Positions 28,195-38,439 are shown, counted from the stretch's first letter. The stretch: 64,000 nucleotides of DNA from an uncultured Citromicrobium sp. (GCA_964401795.1 CAYNZQ010000005.1:49754-113753), one strand, 5' to 3'. Numbers and translations are program-made. Notes: generated from the letters alone by a model not told the origin.

Positions 28195-28656
28195 TCAGTC
28201 CTCGCGGCGCACCGGGTAGGCGATGACGATCGATAGCGGTGCGTCGCCCGTCTGGCGGATGCCGACCACCGCCCCTTCGTAGAGATAGGTGGCCATGCCG
28301 GGTTCCAGCGCGGCCTCGACCCCGTCCGAAACGACGATGCCTTGTCCCGCCGTGACGTAGTAAACCTCGTCGTGCGCAATCGGATGCGCCCCGATCGCTG
28401 CGCCCGGATCGAGTACGCGGCGGCGAAACTCCATGCGCCGTGGAGGGGGCGCGGCATCGCTGATGCGAAAGGCGGTGGACATGCCGATCGCCCCGTGCGG
28501 CGGCCGTTCGCGGACCATGACATCGCGTTCCGCGACGACGACCATGGGAGGGGCAGGGGAGGCGACGGGCACCAGCGGAGGGCGGGCGCCCGTCGCCGCG
28601 CAGCCGCCCGTCGCGAGCGCGGCGAGCGTCACGGCGACCGGCGCCCACGGCCTCAC
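28195..28656 (-). CDS. exported cupin-domain protein (possible KdgF-like)
   Basis: GTG 28656 overlaps the stop of the lyase gene (GTGA). N-terminus VRPWAPVAVTLAALATGGC is signal/lipobox-like. Cupin motif GAHPIAHDEVYYVTAG. Start uncertain (alternative internal ATG). Confidence 0.6.
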   Translation of the reverse strand: MRPWAPVAVTLAALATGGCAATGARPPLVPVASPAPPMVVVAERDVMVRERPPHGAIGMSTAFRISDAAPPPRRMEFRRRVLDPGAAIGAHPIAHDEVYYVTAGQGIVVSDGVEAALEPGMATYLYEGAVVGIRQTGDAPLSIVIAYPVRRED

Positions 28657-29990
28657 GATTTGGGTTCCTGCCGCATCTGGCGGTCGCGCGGCGACAAATG
28701 TTCCTGCGCGCCTTCCTTCTGACCCGGCCAGACGCCCGATTTGGGCTCCATCGTGGTGAGGTTCCACGCGACCGGATCGAACGCCGCGCGGGTCGATGGG
28801 AATTTCGGATATCCCCCGACCTCTTCCTCTGCATCGATCACTTCGCCGCGGCCTTCCGCGATGTAGAACAGCACGCGAATTTCCATCTCGCTACGGTCCC
28901 ACGGCCGCGCGCCGGCCGTCGCCAGCAGGGTCGTCTCCACCTCGCGCGCGGGCAGGATGTCGTATCCCGTCAGATCGCGCAGCGGCTGCTTCTGTTCGCG
29001 GATGGTCGCCTTGGTCACACCATAGCGACCGAACATCGGCAGGGGGTTGCCGTGGCGGTCCACCGCGATGTTGTCGCGCCCGTAATAGAGAAGGTCGCCC
29101 ACACCGCCGATCATCAGGAAAGGCAGGCCGGGATCGGTGCTGTTCCCGCCGCGCATGACATTGCCGACCGCGGTCAGTTCGCCATCGACGGGGTCGTGCC
29201 CGGCCCATTCCAGGTCCATGAGGTTGTAATGCACTGCCCGGTATTGCGGGTCGTAGATCAGGTTGTTGATCATCACCGCCTGCGAGCCGCCTTTCAGAAG
29301 AGGGGACCGCTCCACGTTGTGCGCCCAGATATTGCGTTCGAAAAGGATGTTGGTGACGTTGTCGTGGATGAGCGAGCCTTTCGAATGCTCGCCCTTGGGA
29401 TGGGTCGAATCGGCCAGCCCCTCGCTGGCGAGATTGGACCGGAAAACGATGTCGTGGCTGGTGTTCTTGCGCCAATCCTCCACCGTCTCGCCATCGAAAC
29501 GGGGGCCGGAGGCGGACATGTTCTCGTCGACCGCCCAGAAGAAGCTGTTGTTCTCGATCAGGACATTGTGAGCGGATCGGGTCGAAAAGGCGTCTGCTTC
29601 CCAGCCCTGCCGCTTGGGCAGGCCGTCGCTTCCCACCACCACGCGCAGATGCTGGATGACGACGTCGTGCGTGTTCACGTCCACTCCGCCGCGCATGATC
29701 GTGATGCCGGGCGACGGCGCGGTCTGGCCCGCGATGGTCAGATAGGGTTCCGCGATGGAGAGCGAGGAGCGTTCCAGATCGATCGCGCCGCCCACTTCGA
29801 ACACGACGATGCGCGGACCCTTGGCCGCCAGCGCCGCTGCAAGACTGCCGGGGCCGTCCTTCGCCAGCGTCGTCACGCGGATGATGCGACCGCCTTCTCC
29901 GCCTTGCGTCGGGTCGGGTGCCTGTGCTGCAGCGGGCATTGCGAACAGCGCCATGCAGAATGTCAAAATACCGATTGCGAGTGTCTTCAT
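28653..29990 (-). CDS. pectate lyase-like right-handed beta-helix protein (distant PL1-like)
   Basis: ATG 29990 after GAGGAGG. Signal peptide MKTLAIGILTFCMALFAMPAAA-QA. DAFSTRSAHNVLIENNSFFWAVDE, EHSKGSLI and NVERSPLLKGGSQAVMINNLIY resemble the PL1 vWiDH / HxK / RxPxxR-NN blocks. Confidence 0.7.
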   Translation of the reverse strand: MKTLAIGILTFCMALFAMPAAAQAPDPTQGGEGGRIIRVTTLAKDGPGSLAAALAAKGPRIVVFEVGGAIDLERSSLSIAEPYLTIAGQTAPSPGITIMRGGVDVNTHDVVIQHLRVVVGSDGLPKRQGWEADAFSTRSAHNVLIENNSFFWAVDENMSASGPRFDGETVEDWRKNTSHDIVFRSNLASEGLADSTHPKGEHSKGSLIHDNVTNILFERNIWAHNVERSPLLKGGSQAVMINNLIYDPQYRAVHYNLMDLEWAGHDPVDGELTAVGNVMRGGNSTDPGLPFLMIGGVGDLLYYGRDNIAVDRHGNPLPMFGRYGVTKATIREQKQPLRDLTGYDILPAREVETTLLATAGARPWDRSEMEIRVLFYIAEGRGEVIDAEEEVGGYPKFPSTRAAFDPVAWNLTTMEPKSGVWPGQKEGAQEHLSPRDRQMRQEPKS

Positions 29991-30051
29991 CGCTGATTTC
30001 CTCCTCTTCCAAGGGCAACTTGACAGCATGGTCCGGATGGAGCAAGAATTA

Positions 30052-30067
30052 TTGACACCGGTTACCA
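30052..30067. promoter_or_regulatory. LacI-type operator candidate, site 3 (TTGACACCGGTTACCA)
   Basis: 62 bp upstream of the lyase start, 99 bp upstream of the TonB-receptor start. Confidence 0.6.
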
Positions 30068-30132
30068 AAAACCGGGTTGGGATAGAGATACCGGTCAGGG
30101 CGACAGCAACGCGAAGCGTGCTCCCCGAAAAA

Positions 30133-30146
30133 AGACACCGGTGCCA
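30133..30146. promoter_or_regulatory. LacI-type operator candidate, site 4 (AGACACCGGTGCCA)
   Basis: 20 bp upstream of the TonB-receptor ATG. Confidence 0.6.
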
Positions 30147-30165
30147 TTCTGGGGAGGAATGAGAA

Positions 30166-32967
30166 ATGCGTACTGTTTCCCGCAAGGCGAAGGGCGTGCT
30201 GCTGGCCGGCGCGGTGTTCATGGTTCCCGGTGTCGCGCTGGGACAGGACGCCCCTGCCGCGCAGGTGCCGGAAGACGAGGTCGCGGGCACCGAAATCACC
30301 GAAGGCGACAACGTGATCGTCGTGACCGGTTTCCGCGAATCGCTGTCGGCCGCCGTCCGCGCGAAGCGGGAATCGAACAGCCAGATCGACGTGATCGTGG
30401 CGGAAGACATCGCCAAGTTTCCCGACACCAACCTGGCCGAATCGCTACAGCGCGTGCCCGGCATCGCGATCCAGCGCGATGCGGGCGAGGGGCGCACCGT
30501 CGTGGTGCGCGGGCTCGGCGGGCAATTCACCCGCGTCCGGGTGAACGGCATGGAAGCGATCGCGACCTCGCCCGACAACAACGGACGCGGGTTCGATTTC
30601 AACATCTTCGCGTCGGAGCTGTTCAATTCGATCGTCGTGCACAAGACGGCGGAGGCGTCGCTCGACGAAGGATCGCTGGGCGCGGTGATCGATCTCAACA
30701 CCGGCAATGCGCTGGCTTTCGATCCGGGCTTCAACCTCGTCGCTTCCGCGCAGGTACGCTACAACGATCTGAGCGAGGATGCCGGCCCCCGGCTCGCCGG
30801 GCTCGTCGGGTGGACGAACGAGGACCAGACGTTGGGTGTCTCCGTCTCCGCCGCCTATTCGGAATACACGACGGCCCAGCTGGGCAACAATTCGGTGCGC
30901 TGGCAGCAGGCGGCGTTCGGCTCCGTCGAAGGCACCCCGTGCTTCAGCGGCGGCTCCTACGTATCCAGCGAGGCGTGCGACGAGGTCGGCCTGGCGTTTC
31001 ACCCGCGCATCCCGCGCTACGGTCTCATCGAGCATAATCGCGAGCGGCTCGGCCTGACCGGCTCCGTCCAGTGGGAGCCGAGCGAGAGCACCCGTCTGTC
31101 CGTCGACGGCCTCTACGCCAAGTTCAACGAGACGCGTAACGAGCTGTGGGGCGAGGTCCTGTTCCGCTCGAACGAAAAGACGATCGACGTCGCCGATTAC
31201 CGGATCGACGAGAACAACAACCTGATTTCCGGCACGTTCGACAATGCGTGGGTTCGGACCGAGAACTTCCGGCGCGAACTGGATACCGAATTCTACCAGG
31301 TTTCGGGCCGGTTGGAGCAGGACATCACCGATACGCTGTCGCTCGACCTGTTGGTCGGCAAGTCGCGGTCCGACGCGGACAGCCCGATCGAGACGACACT
31401 GGTTTTCGACGATCGCGATTTCGACGGCTATAGCTACGACTACACCGACATGCAGAGCCCGGTCCTGACGTTCGGCCAGAACGGCATCAGTGACCCCACG
31501 CAGTTCCAGCTCGCCGAATTCCGCGATCGCCCCAACACCGTCACCAACGAATTCGAAACGGTGTCGGCCAATCTGGCCTGGGAGCTGAACAGCAAGGCCA
31601 CGCTGCAGGCCGGTGGCATCTATCGCAAGTTCACCTACGATACCGTCGGCTACCGACGCGACAGCACCTATTGCGCCGCATTCGACTGCGCGCCGGGTCA
31701 GTACGGCCTGCCCGTCACCGCCGATATCGCGCAGGACTTCACCCTGGGCAATGCAGGCCAGCCGGCCGGCACCACCGAAAGCTGGGTCATCCCCAATCTC
31801 GAAGCGGCGGCGGACGCGGTCGGGCTGTACGACCGCCCGCTGGTCGCGGACCTCGGCGGCGATCGCACCGTCATCGAAAAGGTGAAAGGCGGCTATCTCC
31901 AGCTCGACTGGGACAGCGACATTGCCGGGATGCGCGTGACCGGCAATTTCGGCACCCGCTACGTCCATACCGACCAGTTCTCCACCGGCTTCGTCGGTGA
32001 CACGGAGGTCGCGGTGGATCGGAGCTACGACGACTGGCTTCCGGCCGCGAACCTCAACCTGTTCCTCGCGCCCAACCTCGTCCTGCGCGGTGCGTGGAGC
32101 CGGGTCATCACGCGACCGAGCCTGGGCAATTTGTCGCCCGGCGGATCGGTCGACCAGTTCAACTTCCGTATCTCGTCGGGCAATCCGCGCCTGGATCCGT
32201 TCCGGGCCGATGCCTACGACGCGGCGCTGGAGTGGTATTTCGCCCCCGGCGCGCTTGCATCGGTTGCCGTGTTCGCCAAGGAGATCGAGAGCTTCCCGCT
32301 GTCGAGCAGCTTCCAGGGCACCTACGCGCAGAGCCAGCTGCCGACATCGATCCTGACGCCCGGAACGCCGCTCTACACCGCGATCGTCGATGGGCAGAAC
32401 CCGAACGTGCCGATCGAATTCCGCACCAGCGTGAACGGCGAAGGCGGCAGCCTGAAGGGCGTGGAATTCCAGCTCAACCTGCCCTTCGACGTGTTCGCCG
32501 ACGGCTTCCTCGCCCGCTTCGGCGTGGTCGGCAACGTGACCCTGATAAAGAGCGACGTCGATTACACGATCCTGGGTCCGGCGGACCAGATCAATTCCAG
32601 CGGCAATGCGGCCGGCGGGACGTCGGACGTCTATGTCCGCCCGCTGACCGATCTGGCCAAGAAATCGGCCAACGGCACGCTTTATTACGAGGACGACCGG
32701 TTCTCCGCCCGCGCCTCGCTCGCCTATCGCAGCGACTATATCGACGGGACCAGCGGCAACCGGAATATTTTCGAAGGTTTCGGGAGCAACATCAACCTCG
32801 ATGCCTCTATCCGGTACCGGCTGATGGAGGGCCTGGAGCTGTCGCTGGAAGGGACCAATCTGACCGACGCGTATCGCGATCGCTGGGTGAACGACCCCAG
32901 CCGCCGCAATTACGAATACAACCATTTCGGGCGCGTCATCATGGCCGGCGTCCGGGTGCAGATGTAA
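30166..32967 (+). CDS. TonB-dependent receptor
   Basis: Signal peptide, plug (IVVTGFRESL...AEDIAKFPDTNLAESLQRVPGIAIQRDAGEGR), 22-strand barrel region, terminal ...GRVIMAGVRVQM. Confidence 0.9.
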   Translation: MRTVSRKAKGVLLAGAVFMVPGVALGQDAPAAQVPEDEVAGTEITEGDNVIVVTGFRESLSAAVRAKRESNSQIDVIVAEDIAKFPDTNLAESLQRVPGIAIQRDAGEGRTVVVRGLGGQFTRVRVNGMEAIATSPDNNGRGFDFNIFASELFNSIVVHKTAEASLDEGSLGAVIDLNTGNALAFDPGFNLVASAQVRYNDLSEDAGPRLAGLVGWTNEDQTLGVSVSAAYSEYTTAQLGNNSVRWQQAAFGSVEGTPCFSGGSYVSSEACDEVGLAFHPRIPRYGLIEHNRERLGLTGSVQWEPSESTRLSVDGLYAKFNETRNELWGEVLFRSNEKTIDVADYRIDENNNLISGTFDNAWVRTENFRRELDTEFYQVSGRLEQDITDTLSLDLLVGKSRSDADSPIETTLVFDDRDFDGYSYDYTDMQSPVLTFGQNGISDPTQFQLAEFRDRPNTVTNEFETVSANLAWELNSKATLQAGGIYRKFTYDTVGYRRDSTYCAAFDCAPGQYGLPVTADIAQDFTLGNAGQPAGTTESWVIPNLEAAADAVGLYDRPLVADLGGDRTVIEKVKGGYLQLDWDSDIAGMRVTGNFGTRYVHTDQFSTGFVGDTEVAVDRSYDDWLPAANLNLFLAPNLVLRGAWSRVITRPSLGNLSPGGSVDQFNFRISSGNPRLDPFRADAYDAALEWYFAPGALASVAVFAKEIESFPLSSSFQGTYAQSQLPTSILTPGTPLYTAIVDGQNPNVPIEFRTSVNGEGGSLKGVEFQLNLPFDVFADGFLARFGVVGNVTLIKSDVDYTILGPADQINSSGNAAGGTSDVYVRPLTDLAKKSANGTLYYEDDRFSARASLAYRSDYIDGTSGNRNIFEGFGSNINLDASIRYRLMEGLELSLEGTNLTDAYRDRWVNDPSRRNYEYNHFGRVIMAGVRVQM

Positions 32968-33002
32968 TCGAACGGGTGGTTCGGAAGGAAGGGGTCCGCG
33001 GC

Positions 33003-34004
33003 ATGAAAAGCGATCGCCGGTCACTGCTCGCCGCGGGCTTCACCCTCGCGGCGGCGGGAGGGGCTGCGGCGCTGGGACAGACCCCGCCGCCCGCGACCGG
33101 CGGTGGCCTGCCCCCCGGGCTGCCGCAACCGGTCGAGACCATCGACCTGTGGCCCGATGGCGCGTCCGGCATGCCCGCCCATCCCCCCACGGAACAGGTG
33201 GTCGAGCGCTCTGCGGACCCGCTTCTTACTGATCGCGCGGTATCGGGCATAACCCGGCCGCGCCTCGCGGTGTTTCGTGCCGAGCGTCCCAATGGCGCGG
33301 CGGTGCTGCTGACGCCGGGCGGCGGATACAAGCATGTGGTGGTGGACAAGGAAGGCTACGAAATGGGCCGCTGGCTCGCCGCGCGCGGCATCACGGCCTT
33401 CGTCCTGTTCTATCGCCTGCCGGGCGAAGGCTGGTCCGCCGGGCCCGACGTCTCCTTGTCCGATGCACAGCGCGCGATGCGCCTTATCCGCGCCCGTGCG
33501 TCGCGCTATGGTGTAATGCCCGAACGGGTGGCGGCGATGGGCTTTTCGGCCGGCGGTCATGTCTGCGCCGACCTCGCCACCCGCTTCGCGGCCAGAACCT
33601 ACAGGCCCGTGGACGAAGCCGACACGTTGTCGGCCAGGCCGTTCTGCGCCGCGCCGATCTATCCCGTCATCAGCATGGACCCGGCCATCGCGCACGCGGG
33701 ATCGCGCGCCTTTTTGCTCGGCGAAAAACCCACCACGGCAATGGAAGCCGCCCATTCTCCCGATCGCACGGTGCCGGAGGACGCGCCGCCGTTCTTCCTG
33801 CTGCATGCGGAGGATGACGATGTCGTGCCGGTCGAGAACACGCTGCGCCTGCGTGCCGGACTGAAGGCGCGCGACATAGCGGTGGAAACCCACCTGTTCG
33901 AACATGGCGGGCACGGCTTCGGCCTGCGCAAGACGGTGGGCAAGCCGGTCGGGGCCTGGCCCGACCTCTGGCTCGCATGGGCCCGGACGAGGAATTTCGT
34001 GTGA
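33003..34004 (+). CDS. alpha/beta-hydrolase esterase with Tat-type signal (BD-FAE/Abhydrolase_3-like)
   Basis: SDRRSLLAAGFTLAAAGGAAAL signal, LTPGGGY oxyanion region, GFSAGGH nucleophile elbow, HAEDDDVVP, GGHGF. Confidence 0.8.
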   Translation: MKSDRRSLLAAGFTLAAAGGAAALGQTPPPATGGGLPPGLPQPVETIDLWPDGASGMPAHPPTEQVVERSADPLLTDRAVSGITRPRLAVFRAERPNGAAVLLTPGGGYKHVVVDKEGYEMGRWLAARGITAFVLFYRLPGEGWSAGPDVSLSDAQRAMRLIRARASRYGVMPERVAAMGFSAGGHVCADLATRFAARTYRPVDEADTLSARPFCAAPIYPVISMDPAIAHAGSRAFLLGEKPTTAMEAAHSPDRTVPEDAPPFFLLHAEDDDVVPVENTLRLRAGLKARDIAVETHLFEHGGHGFGLRKTVGKPVGAWPDLWLAWARTRNFV

Positions 34005-35626
34005 ATCTCCAGCGTCGAAACCTGTTGCTGGGCACGGGCGCTGTGGGGATGGCCTCCGCCGTCCCGGCCTCGCTGCGCGCCGCGCCGCGATCCGGGGCGG
34101 AACGCGTCGAACATGCCGAGGCGCGCACGTACAGGCGCGGCTTCGATAACCAGCGCATCCCGGACCAGGGCGATGGGACGTTCCTCAATCCCGTCATATC
34201 GGGTGATCGGCCCGATCCCGCCATCCTGAAGGATGGCGCGGACTATTACATGACCTTCTCCACCTTCGACGCGTATCCGGGCCTGACCATCTGGCATTCG
34301 CGCGATCTGGTGAACTGGCGGCCGCTAGAGGCCGCGCTGACGCGCAATATCGGGGCGGTCTGGGCGCCCAGCCTGCACAAGGACAAGGGGCGCTATCTCC
34401 TCTACATCCCGGTCAAGGCGGAGCGCGGGAACGACATCTTCGTCAGCTGGGCGACGGATATCGCCGGACCGTGGAGCGATCCCGTGCCGCTGGGTCTGCC
34501 CGATCATATCGACCCGTGTCACGCGGTCGCCGAAGATGGCAGCCGCTGGCTGTTCCTGTCGGGCGGGGACCGGGTGCGCCTGTCGGACGACAACTTGTCG
34601 CTGGCGGGCGCTGTGGAACACGTCTACGACCCGTGGCGCTACCCGGCCGACTGGATCGTGGAGGGGTTCTCCCCCGAAGGCCCGAAGATCCACCGCGTGG
34701 GCCAGTGGTATTACATGCTGACCGCGGTCGGCGGCACTGCCGGCCCGCCGACCGGCCACATGGTGATCGCGGCGCGCTCGCGCTCGCTTCACGGGCCGTG
34801 GGAGCATCATCCGGGGAATCCGCTGGTGCGCACGACCAGCGTCGGGGAATCCTGGTGGTCGCGGGGCCACGCCTCCCTGGTGGAGGCGCCGGACGGCAGC
34901 TGGTGGTCGTTCTATCACGGCTACGAGAACGGGTTCTGGACTCTGGGACGCCAGTGTCTGCTCGATCCGGTAGAATTCACGCCCGACGGATGGTTTCGCA
35001 TGACCGGCGGGGATCTCTCGCGCCCTATCGCCAAGCCGGGCGGAGGCGAAGCATTTCCCCATGGCATGGCATTGAGCGACGATTTTTCAGGCAGGCTGGC
35101 GCTCGGTCGCAAATGGGCCTTCTTCAGGCCCGATGCCGACGAGGCGGACCGGGTTCGCTGCGGTGGCGGCGTCCTGCGCCTGGCGGGTAAGGGCGACGCA
35201 CCGTCCAGCGGATCGCCTCTCCTGCTGACGGCAGGGGACCGGTCCTACCGCTTCGAATGCGATATCGAGATCGCGCCGGGTGGCCGGGCGGGGCTGATCC
35301 TGTTCTACGACGACCGGCTCTATTGCGGGCTGGGATTCGACGAAGATCGCTTCGTCACGCATCAATACGGGCGCGAGCGCGGCCGTCCGGCCAATCCACA
35401 CGGGCGGTCCATGCGCATGCGCGTGACCAACCGCCGCCATATCGTGGTCTATGATACCAGCGCGGATGGCGGGCGGACATGGCACAGGTTCGACCGGGGA
35501 ATGGAAGTGTCGGGATACCACCACAACGTGCGCGGCGACTTCCTGATGCTGCGCCCCGGGCTCTATGCCGCGGGGCCGGGCGAGGCGAAGTTCCGCAATT
35601 TTCGCTTCACCGCACTGGACGATTAG
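34001..35626 (+). CDS. glycoside hydrolase family 43 protein with C-terminal beta-sandwich domain
   Basis: GTG 34001 overlaps the preceding stop. Tat motif QRRNLLLG. NPVISGDRPDPAILKDGADYYM, WAPSLH, EGPKIH GH43 blocks. Confidence 0.85.
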   Translation: MNLQRRNLLLGTGAVGMASAVPASLRAAPRSGAERVEHAEARTYRRGFDNQRIPDQGDGTFLNPVISGDRPDPAILKDGADYYMTFSTFDAYPGLTIWHSRDLVNWRPLEAALTRNIGAVWAPSLHKDKGRYLLYIPVKAERGNDIFVSWATDIAGPWSDPVPLGLPDHIDPCHAVAEDGSRWLFLSGGDRVRLSDDNLSLAGAVEHVYDPWRYPADWIVEGFSPEGPKIHRVGQWYYMLTAVGGTAGPPTGHMVIAARSRSLHGPWEHHPGNPLVRTTSVGESWWSRGHASLVEAPDGSWWSFYHGYENGFWTLGRQCLLDPVEFTPDGWFRMTGGDLSRPIAKPGGGEAFPHGMALSDDFSGRLALGRKWAFFRPDADEADRVRCGGGVLRLAGKGDAPSSGSPLLLTAGDRSYRFECDIEIAPGGRAGLILFYDDRLYCGLGFDEDRFVTHQYGRERGRPANPHGRSMRMRVTNRRHIVVYDTSADGGRTWHRFDRGMEVSGYHHNVRGDFLMLRPGLYAAGPGEAKFRNFRFTALDD

Positions 35627-35653
35627 GCAAGGCACGGGGAAAGGGTCGCGCAG

Positions 35654-36664
35654 ATGATGAACGAACGGGCCGCGTTGTCGCGGCGTCGGCTGCTGGCCGG
35701 GGGCGCGTTGCTGGGTGCGGCGACCCTGTTGCCCGCCTGCAAGCCGGTCATGTCCGGCATGCTGACCAGCGCCGATGCGCATCCCGGCGACTACCCCACC
35801 GTGCGCGCGGTGGAGTTCATGGGCCGCTATCTGGACCGGCAGACCGGCGGCAGGCTGGGGATCAAGGTCTTCGCCGGGGGGCAGCTGGGCAGCGAGACCG
35901 ACACCCTGGAAATCACCAGTTTCGGCGGCATCGATCTCAATCGCGTGAACTTCGCGCCGCTCAATTCGATCGAGCCGATGACCTTGCCTTTCTCGCTGCC
36001 GTTCGTGTTCGATTCCGTTGCTCACATGCGCCGCGTGGTCGACAGCAAGGTGGGCGACACGGTCCTCGCCGCGCTCGAGCCGCACGGCCTGATCGGGCTG
36101 GCGATCTACGATTCGGGCGCGCGCAACTTCTACAACATGCGCCGCCCCATCCGCTCGCCGGAGGATATGCGGGGCCTGAAGATCCGCGTCCCCGCATCCG
36201 ATCTCTATCTGGCGATGGTCAATGCGCTGGGCGGAAACGCGGTCCCCATTCCCTTTGGCGACATCTACCAGTCGTTGGCGCAAGGGGTCATCGACGGGGC
36301 GGAGAACAACTGGCCGACATTCGTGGGGGAGCGGCATTACGAGGTCGCGCGCTATCTGAGCGTGACCGAGCACCTGCTAACACCCGAGGCGCTTGTCATG
36401 AGCCGGGAGAGCTGGGAACGGCTCGATCCGCCGGACCGCGCGCTGGTGCGCCGGGCGGCCAAGCTGTCGGTCGTGGAGATGCGGCGCCTGTGGGACGCCC
36501 GGGTCGAGGAGGCGCAGGCCGTGGTCGCGCGGTCGGATGTCGCGGTCAATCGGCCCGACAAGGCGCCTTTCGCGAGATTGATGCGGCCCGTGTGGGACGA
36601 GTTCATCACCACCCCGGCGCAACAGGCGGTGGTCCGGCAAATCCGCGCAATGGGAGGGGAATAG
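35654..36664 (+). CDS. TRAP transporter substrate-binding protein (DctP family)
   Basis: Tat/lipobox-like N-terminus RRRLLAGGALLGAATLLPAC. DctP-family body (FAGGQLGSE...). Confidence 0.9.
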   Translation: MMNERAALSRRRLLAGGALLGAATLLPACKPVMSGMLTSADAHPGDYPTVRAVEFMGRYLDRQTGGRLGIKVFAGGQLGSETDTLEITSFGGIDLNRVNFAPLNSIEPMTLPFSLPFVFDSVAHMRRVVDSKVGDTVLAALEPHGLIGLAIYDSGARNFYNMRRPIRSPEDMRGLKIRVPASDLYLAMVNALGGNAVPIPFGDIYQSLAQGVIDGAENNWPTFVGERHYEVARYLSVTEHLLTPEALVMSRESWERLDPPDRALVRRAAKLSVVEMRRLWDARVEEAQAVVARSDVAVNRPDKAPFARLMRPVWDEFITTPAQQAVVRQIRAMGGE

Positions 36665-36666
36665 AA

Positions 36667-37146
36667 ATGGCGGCGACCGTTTCGCGCTGGCTGATCGGCT
36701 TCGGCACGATCGGACTGCTGGCGATGACCGCGATCATCGGATGGCAGGTCTTCGGCCGCTTCATCCTCAACGCCAGCCCGTCCTGGACCGAGCAGGCGTC
36801 GCTGATCCTGATGATCTGGTACGTCATGTTCGCCTCTGCTGCGGGCGTTTACGAGGGGTTCCACATCCGCATCGCCCTGCTGGAGGAACGGGTGGGCGAT
36901 AAGGCACGCATTTTGACCCGCATCGGCGGGGTCGTTGTCGCCATCGTCGGGCTGGTCCTGCTGGTCTACGGCGTGCAGCTGTGCTGGGCGGTGCGCGGGA
37001 ACGTGGTACCGGCGCTGGGGCTGAGCCGGGCAGTCGCCTACGTGCCGCTGCCGATTTCCGGTCTGCTGATGGCCGCCTTCGCGCTGCCGCAGATCCTGAC
37101 CGGACGCCATCGCACCGAAACCCGCGACGAAGTGGAAACCGCCTGA
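36667..37146 (+). CDS. TRAP transporter small permease (DctQ family)
   Basis: 159 aa, 4 TM. ATG 36667 within out-of-frame ORF 35479..37146. Confidence 0.85.
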   Translation: MAATVSRWLIGFGTIGLLAMTAIIGWQVFGRFILNASPSWTEQASLILMIWYVMFASAAGVYEGFHIRIALLEERVGDKARILTRIGGVVVAIVGLVLLVYGVQLCWAVRGNVVPALGLSRAVAYVPLPISGLLMAAFALPQILTGRHRTETRDEVETA

Positions 37147-38429
37147 TGGAACTGCTGGTCCTGTTCGGCGTGCTTTTCCTCATGCTGGTCATCGGCGTGC
37201 CGGTGGCGTTCTCGCTCCTCGCCGCCGCGCTCGCCTGCTTCCTCGCGATGGACATTCCGCTGATCGTCGCGGTGCAGCGCGTCGCGGCCGGGATCAGCGT
37301 CTTCACGCTTATGGCGATCCCGTTCTTCATCTTCGCGGGCGATCTCATGTACCGCGCCGGCATCGCGGAGCGGTTGGTTCGGGTCGCGGACGCGGCCGTG
37401 GGCCGGATGCGCGGCGGGCTGGGGGTGGTCGATGTCGGCGCCTCGATGATGTTCGGCGCGGTTTCCGGCTCCGCGATCGCCAGCGCGTCGGCCATCGGAT
37501 CGACCATGGTCCCGCTGATGAAGGACAAGGGCTATCCCGGCGATTACGCCATCAACGTTACCTGTACCGCGGCGATCGTCGGCCTGCTGATCCCGCCCTC
37601 GCACAACATGATCATCTATTCGGCGGCGTCGGGCATCGGCGTGTCGATCGGCGATTTGTTCCTGGCCGGGGTGGTGCCGGGCCTGCTCACCGGCCTGCTG
37701 CTGATGCTGGCCGCGTGGCTGGTTGCGCGCCGGCGCATGCTGCCGTTCGGCCATTTCCCGGGTTGGCGGGTGTTCATCCGCGCCGCCGCCTACGCCGTGC
37801 CGGGCCTGATGACCGCGGTCATCATCATGGGCGGTATCCTCAGCGGCTTTTTCACCCCCACTGAAAGCTCCGCCGTCGCGGTCATCTACACCATGCTGAT
37901 CGGCGCCTTCGTCTATCGCAGCCTCGGCTGGTCCGGCCTGTGGGAAGCCGCCGCCAAATCCGTGCGCACGGCGGCCATGGTATTGTTCATCATCGCCGCC
38001 GCCACCGCCTTCGGCTTCGCGCTGGCCCTGCTGGAAGTGCCGGCCGCGCTCGGCGGGTTGATCGGGACGATGACCGACAACCCGCTGCTCACGCTGCTCA
38101 TCATCAATGTCATGCTGCTGGCGCTGGGCACGTTCATGGACATGGCGCCGCTGATCGTGATCACCACGCCGATCTTCCTGCCGGTGGCGATGGGGGTGGG
38201 CGTGGACCCGGTGCATTTCGGCATCATCATGATGCTGAACCTGGGCATCGGCCTCGTCACCCCGCCGGTGGGATCGGTGCTGTTCGTCGGCTCCGCGGTG
38301 GGCAAGGTGCCGGTGACGCAGCTGGTGCGCACGATCTGGCCGTTCTACCTCACGTTGATCGCCGCGCTCGGCCTCATCACCTACGTGCCGGCGCTGTCGC
38401 TGTGGCTGCCGTCCATCCTGGGCGGCTGA
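37146..38429 (+). CDS. TRAP transporter large permease (DctM family)
   Basis: MELLVLFGVLFLMLVIGVPVAFSL..., 427 aa polytopic. Start overlaps the DctQ stop by 1 nt. Confidence 0.9.
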   Translation: MELLVLFGVLFLMLVIGVPVAFSLLAAALACFLAMDIPLIVAVQRVAAGISVFTLMAIPFFIFAGDLMYRAGIAERLVRVADAAVGRMRGGLGVVDVGASMMFGAVSGSAIASASAIGSTMVPLMKDKGYPGDYAINVTCTAAIVGLLIPPSHNMIIYSAASGIGVSIGDLFLAGVVPGLLTGLLLMLAAWLVARRRMLPFGHFPGWRVFIRAAAYAVPGLMTAVIIMGGILSGFFTPTESSAVAVIYTMLIGAFVYRSLGWSGLWEAAAKSVRTAAMVLFIIAAATAFGFALALLEVPAALGGLIGTMTDNPLLTLLIINVMLLALGTFMDMAPLIVITTPIFLPVAMGVGVDPVHFGIIMMLNLGIGLVTPPVGSVLFVGSAVGKVPVTQLVRTIWPFYLTLIAALGLITYVPALSLWLPSILGG

Positions 38430-38439
38430 GGCTGGCGGC

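Noticed and set aside
29991-30734. 5' extension of the lyase ORF (28653..30734) upstream of ATG 29990
   Set aside because: The extension is antisense to the TonB-receptor gene. It crosses the operator-containing promoter gap and precedes an obvious signal peptide with a strong SD at 29990.
30445-33024. 859-aa minus-strand ORF
   Set aside because: It is entirely antisense to the well-supported TonB-dependent receptor gene and has low-complexity R/G/A/D composition with no motifs.
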